This document shows, piece after piece, positions 54,615 through 64,000 of a DNA stretch of 64,000 bases. Origin of the DNA: Chiloscyllium plagiosum. Its lineage: Eukaryota. The stretch lies in the NCBI RefSeq assembly GCF_004010195.1, contig NC_057719.1:54471077-54535076 (forward strand). The letters run 5' to 3'. The translations under genes and the position numbers were made by a program. The notes beneath the pieces are model-generated. The model worked only from the letters and a program-made list of their open reading frames with translations. It searched no databases and was not told where the DNA came from. Position 1 is the first letter of the stretch; every line of letters begins with the position of its first letter.

Positions 54615-55573
54615 TCTAGGAGAAGGTGAGGACTGCAGATGCTGGAGATCAGAGCTGAAAATGTGTTGCTGGAAAAACGCAGCAGGTCAGGCAGCATCTT
54701 CCACAGCTACACTGGCACCTTCCTCCACCTTTTCCTCCACTACATTGATGACTGTATCGGTGCTGCCTCGTGCTCCCACGAGGAGGTTGAACAGTTCATC
54801 CAGTTTACTAACACCTTCAACCCCGACCTCAAATTTACCTGGACCGTCTCAGACTCCTCCCTCCCCTTCCTAGACCTCTCCATTTCTATCTGAGGTGACC
54901 GAGTCAACACGGACATTTACTATAAACCGACCGACTCCCACAGCTACCTAGACTACACCTTCTCCCACCCTGCCCCCTGTAAAAACGCCATCCCATTTTC
55001 CCAATTCCTTCGTCTCCACTGCATCTGTTCCCAGGAGGATCAGTTCTAATACCGTACAACCCAGATGGCCTCTTTCTTCAAAGGCCGCAAATTCCCCCAG
55101 ACGTGGTCGACGATGCTCTCCACTGCATCTCCTCCACTTCCCGCTCCTCTGCCCTTGAGCCCCGCCCCTCCAATCGCCACCAGGACAGAATCCCACTGGT
55201 CCTCATCATTTACTGCATCTGCTGCACCCGATGTGGCCTCCTCTATATTGGGGAGACAGGCTGCCTACTTGCGGAACGTTTCAGAGAACACCGTTGGGAC
55301 ACCCAGATCAACCAACCCAACCACCCCGTGGCTCAACACTTCAACTCCTCCTCCCACTCCACCAAGGACACCCAGATCCTTGGACTCCTCCATTGCCAGA
55401 CCATAGCAACATGATGGCTGGAGGAAGAGCGCCTCATCTTCCTACCTTTTATCTTAGCCTGCTTGGCACACTTTCCTCATTCCTGAAGAAGGGCTTATGC
55501 CCGAAACGTCGATTCTCCTGCTCCTTGGATGCTACCTGACCTGCTGCGCTTTTCCAGCAACACATTTTCAGCT
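54615..55573 (+). mobile_element. Penelope-like element fragment (inverted terminal piece + RT C-terminus + GIY-YIG + terminal repeat) inserted in env
   Basis: HYIDDCIGAASCS, IYYKPTDSHSYLDY, IYCICCTRCGLLYIGETG; flanked by ctgt(c/t)cttccatct at 54601-54614 and 55574-55587. Confidence 0.9.
55483..55510 (+). ncRNA. Minimal hammerhead ribozyme core
   Basis: CTGAAGA-A-GGGC-TTAT-GCCC-GAAAC-GTC at the 3' end of the PLE. Confidence 0.7.
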
Positions 55574-56458
55574 CTGTTCTTCCATCTGTCTGTCCACTTA
55601 TGTCATTCCTGATCCCCCAGGTGGTCCCCCGCTCCAAGCTGGTAAGTGTCGAACGGGTATGTCCTTGTGGCAGAGCTGGCATGCGTGCCATTGCACTGAC
55701 CACATATGAACTGTCTGCTTGCAGTCACATTCATGCATGCCTGCTAACTGCAAGTGCAGATAAACTGTCCCCTGGTACTGTACAGCCCTGATAAGTGCAC
55801 TGAACCTGGATGCATGAGTCATTTTTGGGAGCAAGGGCATAAAAGCATCCCCATCCCTGCCCTGTGAAATAGAGTGGGTAATTACCAGGTTTTAAATGGG
55901 TCTTCCCTTCCCTTGGCTGTGGGACCCAGCCCCATGGGCCGGTGGTCCTGTCCAGCAGCACATATCTACTCTGGAGTCCCAACTTGTATTTCCCTATGTG
56001 CTCATCCACGAAGAGGGTCTCCTCAGTTCTGTCTAAAGGGGTATCTTTTACTCGCCCCCTATCCTCATGCCTATCTATATTCCACAGTTGTGTGGTTCCC
56101 TTGTGTCTAGATTTCCCTCAGGTGAGTTTTCTCTCTATTACAATGGACTAACTGGGGGGTAAAAGAACTGCCTCCCACTTTGCCCTTCTCATATTGGAGA
56201 TGGCCCTCAGTTTCCCTGTGTGTGACTACTGTATACAGGTCGCGAGGGTGGGGTGGCCACAAATAGGGATTCTACTGATTGCACCAGTGGGTAGCAGATA
56301 GTTTGGTTTCCATGCAAGCTTAGATGGGTTTTATAGAACAGGTTATCTTCCAATCCTGGCACGCTTCCAACAGTCGTGACACTTAAACACAGTGAAATAC
56401 ATACTGGTATATACATTTTGCAGTTAACTAGAGTCATCAGTCAAAGTCTTTGTTTTGC

Positions 56459-59400
56459 TCAAGAAGTGCAGTTGTGCTTCTGTGTGGTGTGTGCTGTTGT
56501 GTTTTCGGTACTTCCCCCAGGATGACCATCTTGTCCGCTGTTCCTGTTTGCATCTGGGGAATGGTCAATGACATTAGTTTGGTCGCAGGAATCTTTAAAC
56601 AGTTTGAGTTGGCCCAACTCCTTCCATGTGCCGTTTCCTTTAATATCTGGGCAGGCACAGGTGTCCCCACTTATTACCACATGGAATGGCCCGTTTCATT
56701 TTGGGGCAAATTCAGGTAGTCTCACACCAGGACATGGCTTCCTGCTGCTGGGACCTCAGGAAAGACTTTGAGTTCCCCTGCCTTGTCCTTTTAGTCTTGT
56801 TGATCAATTACAGATTTCCACATCCCTTTGAATTGGGCGCGTAATTTTATCACATACTGCTGAATTTTGTCTTTTAGTGGACCCACATTGGTGCCACCTG
56901 TGATTATTGTCTCTGGCAATTGCACTGCTCGCCCGGTTCATATGGTGTTAGCCTAGTTGCCTGATTTGTGGTGGCTCTTAATCTCATTAGTATGGTTGGC
57001 AGCACCTCAGCCCATGTTCTGCCTGAGGTTTGCATAGCCTTAGCTAAAGTATTTTTGAGCGTTCTATTCATTATCTCTACCATTCCTAAGGTCTGGAGGT
57101 GATAAGGAGTGTGAAATGTTTGTCTAATGCTGAGTAATTGGCAGACAGTCTTCATGAGCTTGCCTGCAAAATGCGTCCCTTGGTTGGAGTCGATCTGGAG
57201 GGATATCCCCCACCTTGGGATTACCTCCTCCACTAATATTCTAGCTACAGTGGTCACAGTGCAGCTTTTGGTCGGGAATGCTTCTACCCACCGGGTAAAT
57301 TGGTCAATGATGACCAGGCAGTACATTTTCCCACGGGAGGGTGGTACCTGTAAAATCCACCTGAAGCTGTTCCCAGGATCTCCCATCCTAACTGTTATGG
57401 GTCTCCCTGGGTTATGTTGTGCACACACCATGCATCTGCGGCAGTATCTGGCCACATCTCTTCCCATTCCATTCCACCCAATCTCTCCCTAGGTTTGCTA
57501 TAATGGCCTCTCTACCTGTATGGGAGAGCCCGTGGTGCAGTTCAAGCAATGTGTTCTGTATACACACTGGTGCTATCACCTTGTCTGCATACCACCAGAC
57601 ACCATCCTCTTGTTTGAATGCCCCGCACAGTTTCCATTGTCCTTTCTCTTCCTGCAGGGTGCCCTCCTGTAACTGCTGAATTTGGATAGCGTCTTTTGTT
57701 AATTCAATAGTGGCTATTGCAGCCTTGTCAATGGCTTCTTGTTCCAGGGCTTTCTGAGCTGCACGGTCTGTTGCCTGGTTTCCTTTGAATTTTAGCCAAC
57801 TTGGACTTCCTTTTGCTGGTTCCTTTTGATGGGCTTTTACTTTTGTTACTGCAGCCTCTTTTGGCTATTCACTGGCACGCAATAGTGCCTGAATTCTTAA
57901 TTGCTGTCTGATAGGGGCTCCCTCCGCAGTAGTGAACCCTCTTCTAAACCATGCCACCATGTAGTCATGGACTACATCAAAGGCATATTGATGGTCTATA
58001 TGCTACTTCCAGCGCTTTGGTGAGCGCTGCCAGTTCTGCTACGTGTGCAGACTGACTTCCACCAATCCTTCTGCACATAACTGTTTCTAATTTATCATTT
58101 AACACAGCACATCCTATTCAGGGTGTCCCTGCTATGTATTTTCGTGACCTGTCCACGAAGAGGGTTCCTCGGCTGTGTCTAGGGAGGGTATCCTTTACTC
58201 TCCCCAGTCCTCATCCCCATCTATATCCCCAGTGCAGTTCCCATATGTCTGGAATTCCCTCAGCTGGGTTTTCTCCATATCCCTAACTATCCCTAACTTG
58301 GGGGTAGAAGAACAGCCTCCCACTTTGCCCTTCTCATATTGGAGATGGCCTTCTGTTTCCTTGTGTTTAGCATCTCTAGTAGGGTGTGTCAGTGTGGAGG
58401 ATGACATTCCCTGTTATTACAATGGGCTCACTAACCCTAACGGCACAAATAGCACAGTCTAAGGCTACTATGCACCTGGGCAACCTGGTGATTACCCTTC
58501 TGTAGTTGAGTAGTACACTATGGGCATTCTCCTGCTACTGTAGTCGTGGGTGACCACTGCGGAGTAAAACCCTCCCTCATTATTACAGTGGATGTGAAAA
58601 TCCTTGCTGGGATCTCGCAGCCCTAACCCAGGGGCCCATATGAGTTGAATTTTAAGCTGACTGTATGCCTCCTCCTGTTCTGGCCCCCAGGTTATAGGTT
58701 CCAAAGCAGGTTGCCTCTTCTGACTAATCTCTGGATCGGTTCAGCCAATTTTGCGAACTCGGGCATAAAGCTCTGACTGTAGTTGAGTAGCCCTAAGACC
58801 TTTTTGACTCCCCTGACAGTGGCAAGTTATGGCATCTGTTGGATTTCCTTCTTTCAGTCATTGGGCATTTCTTTGAGTCACTGGGATATGAGGTATCCCA
58901 GGTATAAAACTTGTGTTTTGTCAATCTGTGCCTTTGTGGGGCTAACTTTTAGCCCTGTGGTTGCCGATTCCAGTAATACTAAATATAAAGCTTCCTGGTG
59001 TCCTGACTTGGACTCTGAGGCAATTAGGATATCATCTACATATTGGAGGGCAGTGATACCCTCTGGTAAATCTATTCTCTTCAGAATGTCACTCATCAGC
59101 CTGTGAAAAATACTGGGGCTGTTGTGGAACTCTTGTGACAGGCGAGTCCACGTATACTGCCTGTCCTTTACTGTAAAAGTGAATTTGTTCTGAGATGCAG
59201 GGTGTATCTAGATAGACCAGAACCCATTAGCTACATCTAAAACAGTAAACATCTTGTGTTCAGGGGCCAAGCCATTTAAAATGGTGGAGGGGTCTGCTAT
59301 AAAGGGGTGCAATTTGGGGATGACATTATTTAGTTCTGTATAACCAATAGTGAGCCTGTAGTTCCCATCAGGCTTTAGTACTGGCCACATCGGGAAATTA

Positions 59401-60045
59401 GTTGTACTTGTGGTTGCTTTCAGGATTCCCTGTCTCACTTGTCCTTTCACTATCTTCACAACTTTTGCTTCGGGTTTTATTGGGCATTGCCGATGGGTTT
59501 ATGCTCCGGCCCGGGAACCCTTACTGGGTCTATGTTAACTAGACCTGTATCTAACTTTGTTTCTGCCCATGCTCCAGGGACAGAGGTATAGGTGGCTCCC
59601 CCTTTTACTAAGTTCCAATCCCTACTGGTGACTGTAGCCACTTCAATAGTTTCAAGGTGACTTATAAGTTTCCCAATCTCGGTCTTTGGACCATCCGGGC
59701 TGGGCCAAATCAATTTCCCTTTTGCACAATCGATTAGAACAATATGTTCTCTCATAAGATCATTGCCCATTATGGTGCCCTCGTTATTTTGGCAAACGTA
59801 GAATTTCATGGAGATAAATATATATCGTTTATTTCTACGAGGGTAGTTTCGCCTAGGTAAGCTGGTGTTTTATCCCCTCCTACCCCAGTTAAGTGAACTA
59901 TTTTATTTGTGTGGGGTATGGGTAAGTTTGTGAGGGATACAGCCGCTCCTGTGTCTACTAACATTTCACATTTCCTCGCTCCTACTACTGCGGGCACGTA
60001 AGTTCTCCCCTCTCCCTTACCCTCATGAATAGAGACAGCTGGTTG
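56459..60045 (-). pseudogene. pol: pro-pol (protease, RT, connection, RNase H, integrase) with many stops and frameshifts
   Basis: LVDTGAAVS (DTG at 59947-59955); PMWPVLKPDGNYRLTI; LDVANGFWSI; QYTWTRL; LQYVDDILIAS (YVDD at 59031-59042); TLFVD..SRK RNase H start ~58150; IN HH..CRRCMVC, IDQFTRWVEAFP, IDSNQGTHF, GMVEIMNRTLK; C-terminal GPF motif ~56690. Confidence 0.95.
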
Positions 60046-60721
60046 TCAGCTCTGCTGACCTCGGGATTACCGTGGTTCTGCAGTGTTCTGGGTGGTGTTT
60101 GGAGGTGCTCCATGCTTTGCCCAGCACACTGATTCTATGTCATCTATTCTGTTGAAGTGGATGCAATATTTTACATTGTTCCCCGCTCTAACTCTTGTAT
60201 TCTGTCCTCCTGGTCCTTTCCCCACCTACGTGGAGGCACTCGCTTGTTCAATTAGGCTGGCTAATTGGTATATTAATATTACTCCTATCTTTTTAGTTTT
60301 ATTCCGTTTCTGTTTATCTAGCCACTCTCTCTGTTGTGCTAATGTCTGGGACGGGTCTCAACCACCTTTCTTCATTTTTTCCGTCGACCCTTGTCTGTCT
60401 GCCTTGTATCTAAATTAGAGTGGTGCTGGAAAAGCACAGCAGGTCAGGCAGCATCCAAGGAGCAGGAAAATCGACGCTTCGGGCAAAAGCCCTTCATCTC
60501 TCCACTCTGCAGGCACCCTCCCTCTATTCCTGATGAAGAGCTTTTGCCCGAAACATCGATTTTCCTGCTCCTCAGATGCTGTCTGACCTGCTGTGCTTTT
60601 CCAGCACCACTCTAATCCAGACTCTGGTTTCCAGCATCTGCAGTCCTTGCTTTTACCTGACTGCCTTGTATTTCTCAATAAAGGAACCTGCAGTATCCCC
60701 CTTAAAACTTTGATCTGCCAT
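60046..60721 (-). pseudogene. gag: gag remnant (N-terminus joined to a degenerate NC zinc knuckle), interrupted by a Penelope-derived insertion
   Basis: ATG at 60721: MADQSFKGDTAGSFIEKYKA [insertion 60410-60660] DRQGSTEKMKKGG*DPSQTLAQQREWLDKQKRN...YCIHFNRIDDIESVCW (CX2[C>F]X4[H>D]X4C)...GQQS*; same frame as pro. Confidence 0.75.
60410..60660. mobile_element. Palindromic Penelope-terminal-repeat element inserted in gag
   Basis: Inverted arms (gagtggtgctggaaaagcacagcagg.../...cctgctgtgcttttccagcaccactc); TSD ctgccttgtat at 60399-60409 and 60661-60671. Confidence 0.9.
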
Positions 60722-61651
60722 TTAGCAGATTGTGTATCCCCGGACACCACCAACAGTAAATGTTCCTAACCAGTGGGGACTTCTCTACCCTTGGTCAATA
60801 ATACTGTCCCAGCATCGTCCAGATGGCTGTAGCAGCCTCCTAGTAAGGTGTGCTCTCTACAGTGGGACTTCTGTACCCTCCCGGCCATCACTACTAGTCA
60901 ATAGTGGGAATGCCGGTTCAATAGGGTGTGCTCTCTACCGGGACTCCTCTACCCTCCCGGCCACTTCTATGGACCCAACACCTCCCGATAGGCCCAGAAA
61001 CCTACCTCTAGCCCCGTGTGCTCTCTACTGGTGGGACTCTTTACCCTCCTGGCCACCGCCGCTATTCAAGCTCTGTCATTTTACTATGGACTGACAGGGT
61101 ATCACGGTTACTCACAGCTTACATGGTTCCCCACCCTGGTAATGTGTGCTCCATTGAGTGACCAGCTCCTCTTCCTCACTCCATTGGAAATTACAAGTAC
61201 AAACAGTATCTAACCTTTAACTTAAACTCTAACTGGACTCCACGTTATTCACCCCTACAGTCCAATGTTACCTGACTTTGTTACTTGCGCTTCACAATCC
61301 TAGTGTCCTTGGCGCTCAATTCTCACTTCAAATCCCAACCTTCACATGGGGGTGCTATCACTCTTAACAACCGGTTTAGGATAGGGTTTTTGAGGCAGGC
61401 ACGACCTTATCCTCTGGCTGTTTCAGCACAAGCAGCAGGTTCTTACAACAGTGAATACAGTTAACACTTATTCTCCACAGACATAATACTTAATTTTTTT
61501 TTAACTGTACAGCAGCAAGTTGGACATTATAATCGGTATACCTTTTATACTGTGTCCTTGGCCCAGTCTGACTCTTCCTGTTTGCAGGTACAAATTGGTT
61601 CTTATCCTAGCTCCCTGATCGTGGCCTTCGACTAGGGCACCAGTAATAAGA

Positions 61652-61669
61652 ACCCTGCTCACAGTGCCA
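61652..61669 (-). promoter_or_regulatory. Primer-binding site, tRNA-Ser(CGA)-like
   Basis: Minus TGGCACTGTGAGCAGGGT; the + strand accctgctcacagtgcca matches the recalled vertebrate tRNA-Ser(CGA) 3' end ATCCTGCTCACAGCGCCA at 16/18. Confidence 0.85.
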
Positions 61670-61671
61670 AT

Positions 61672-62400
61672 TGTTGTAGAGAAAATCACCAGTCTCAGAG
61701 TCAGAGTCAGGGTTCAAGGACAGAGCTTATTGCACAAGGAAATACCAGAGCTCTGGAGAGAGAAAGACACCAATAGCACAGTGGTCAGCTGTGAGTCTTC
61801 TCTCCACCCGGAGCACATGTCAAGATAATTTATACATTTTGTAACATAATAGATCAGTGATGAGGTTATTATCTCTGTAACATAGTTTGTTTATTGTAAA
61901 CATTGCAGAATCATTGATAGTTTTGGTGCAGTCATTGTCAGTTCCATTGCAGCCTTTGTTAATTTCAGTGTGGTCATTGTCAGTTTCAGCGCAGACATTG
62001 TCATCTTCAATGTCTGCATGGAAGCGCATTACTGTAATAATGGGCGCTTCCTGAAAGGGAAGATTACTGCAGCCCTGGCTATTATCACTTTGTATTGAGT
62101 CCGTATCAAACACTTAGCATTTCTATCAAGGTGTTGGCTGGACCCAACACCTTTGGCGGGCAGTCTACACTACTCATGTGTATTCTCTCTCCCATCTGCC
62201 TTAAACTAATCAACTAGGTTGTGAGTGCATTGTGCTGGCATTCTGGTGCCCCCAAGCAGTATCTGTGTACCTCTGCCGTCTCACTCCATATTGTGGTCCG
62301 GCAGCTAGCTTGTGTGTCAAGCAGCCAACTTATAGTTCAGTGGCCATCTTATGTGTCTGCGTGCCTAGTGTCACTCTGCCCCATACCATCTCCCACTTCA
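61672..62400 (-). repeat. 5' LTR (729 bp)
   Basis: Minus strand reads TGAAGTGGG...CAACA (TG...CA); colinear with 53070-53799; PBS starts 2 nt downstream. Confidence 0.95.
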
Positions 62401-62860
62401 GTATACAAAATGCTCAAAAATTTTAATTAAAATCTAGAAATACGATTGTTTCCTCCTGGGTCTGAAAACCTGATAGTAATTTGAAAAAGGATCTAATTAA
62501 TCAAAATAGGGAAACTCTTGAGTTTGAAATTTGTAACTCTGCAATTTGTTAAATTGTCATTATTAAGGGTGAACCACTGTGGATGTTGGGACGACATAAT
62601 AGGGAAAACTGGGGACTCAGTAGTCACCATGGAGAGGCTGACAAGAGCTCAGTGATAAGAGCTCCTTCCTCTCCTGTTCCTCTTCCCCATCAGCCTCCAA
62701 ATGTGTCCTCCTAATGGCTGCTGACAAAGCCTACATCTTTGTACTAACAAGGTTGTAGATGTTACAACTGATGACCAAACGTTTGGACACTCCATTATTT
62801 CGTAGTGGACAACTCTTCCCAACTGATTCAGAGAGCAAGACCATTGCTTCAGAGTGCCCA

Positions 62861-63670
62861 AAGTTACAAATCACACAACACCAGGTTATAGTTCAACAGG
62901 TTCATTTGGAAACAATAGCCTTCAGCAGGTGGTTGTGGAGTATAAGATCATAAGACACAGAATTTATAGCAAAAGTTTACACTGAGATGTAACTGAAATT
63001 ATATATTGAAAAAGACCTGGATTGTTTGTTAAGTCTCTCCTCTTTTAGAATTAACATGTTGGTTTCAGTTCTTTCAAATGTAAATCGCAGAACCCTTTGA
63101 AAAGTTGCATTCTCAAGTGAACTTTAACAATTGGTGTCATGTCAGCCCAGATAATACATTTAAGATGTGAGCTGCCCTGTGTGAGACTGTCTGTGCCACA
63201 ATGGTCGGACTGATTCTAATCAAAAAAACAATTTACAGAATCATACATGGATTCATACAGTTTTTGAGCAAAATAAAATGTAATTCTGCAAGTATGAATT
63301 CACCCTACAAACTTATATGTATGTATGCATGTGGGTGTGCGTGGTTTGGGGGGGGGAGGGAGTGGGTTACAGGGGTATGAATGTCTCTGAGAGAGTATGT
63401 GTACGTGTGAGTGTAAAAGGGTATAAGTCTGTGAGAGGGTGCCCATGTGTGTGTGTGTGAGTGTATATGCGAGCATATGAAAGAGGGTCTTTGTGAGTAT
63501 ATGGGTCTGTAGGAGTGTGTGTCTTAGGAGTATGTGTAGGAGTGTCTGTGTATGTAGGAATGTCTGTAGGAGTGTGTGTGTGTAGGAGTGTGTGTGTGTT
63601 TAGGAGTTTGTGTGTGTATATACACGTGCATGTGTGTGTGTGTCAATAGTGCAATGGAGTCACCTGTAGT
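62861..63670 (-). mobile_element. Longer member of the second family with an internal GT-rich tract
   Basis: Starts aagttacaaatcacacaacaccaggttatagttcaacagg, as at 4739 and 17260; imperfect (GT)n at ~63315-63642. Confidence 0.55.
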
Positions 63671-64000
63671 GACACCAATTCAAGGTGACATTGGTCTTTT
63701 CCACAATGGTTGCATAGCTACAATTGTAGGTGAACTAGCTTTGCACAGTTGGTTGGTGTAAAGAAATAATGAGCCCCATCTCCAGTACATATCCCTTGTC
63801 CCTAGTAGCCAGCCTAATGATTTGTCATAATAGCCCACACACTCCAGAACAATTGCCTCAGGACACTTCAAGCATTGTAGCTGCTGTCAGGATAGTGGTC
63901 ATTTTCTAACATTGGTTTTGGTAAGGTCATGTATTGATAGAATGGGAAAACTCTCAGTTCTCATACATCTCCCTACTTATGTGCATAACAGTTCGAGCCA

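Larger units (their letters stand above)
53873..56437 (-). pseudogene. env: env (signal peptide, Cys-rich SU, TM), disrupted by frameshifts and a Penelope insertion
   Basis: N-terminal hydrophobic MTLVNCKMYIPVCISLCLSVTTVGS; basic site HVQRR ~54455; Gly-rich LGYGFLGSLSLGGA; LAHQGGVCTIIGHNC; membrane anchor IVLLIALVLVFC...CLRFCCK. Confidence 0.9.
53070..62400 (-). mobile_element. Endogenous retrovirus provirus (LTR-gag-pro-pol-env-LTR), defective; RT motifs snakehead-retrovirus/spuma-like
   Basis: Direct repeats at 53070-53799 and 61672-62400; GTAT at 53066-53069 and 62401-62404 (4-bp TSD); PBS and PPT abut the LTRs; PR (LVDTGAA), RT (YVDD), RNase H, IN and env TM motifs occur in retroviral order on the minus strand. 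Confidence 0.97.

Noticed and set aside
53873..56437. Possible lokiretrovirus assignment or domesticated env gene
   Set aside because: TM has a retroviral/filoviral GGxCx6C signature rather than paramyxovirus F-like features, and env is broken by stops, frameshifts and a 1-kb insertion
60771..61056. Repeat-spacer-repeat pattern resembling a CRISPR array
   Set aside because: Only three degenerate copies in a retroviral leader of a vertebrate genome, with no cas genes
60732..61094. 120-aa antisense ORF in the ERV leader
   Set aside because: GTG start, built from the GC-rich leader repeats, no recognisable motif
63315..63642. GT-rich low-complexity tract with a 61-aa ORF
   Set aside because: Imperfect microsatellite; the ORF is spurious

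Overview
Repeat-dense eukaryotic DNA with no recognisable host exon. The repeats (CR1 LINEs, HE1-type tRNA-derived SINEs, Penelope-like elements) point to a cartilaginous fish, probably a shark; this is an inference. The main element is a defective endogenous retrovirus on the minus strand at 53070-62400. It has two ~730-bp LTRs, a 4-bp target-site duplication (TSD) GTAT, a tRNA-Ser primer-binding site, a polypurine tract, a very short gag, a pro-pol with snakehead/spuma-like RT motifs, and env. Unusual provirus features: (1) a ~215-nt diverged second copy of the pol connection/RNase H junction sits inside env SU; (2) TM resembles filovirus/ASLV internal-fusion-loop proteins, with CX6C rather than CX6CC and a missing immunosuppressive-domain core; (3) both LTRs keep an open frame with a 7-aa repeat; (4) the ~950-nt leader carries three 40-nt direct repeats. 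Across the window are many short, often palindromic Penelope-terminal-repeat insertions with minimal hammerhead ribozyme cores and 11-16-bp TSDs. All alignments and translations were done by eye, and boundaries of old repeats are approximate.
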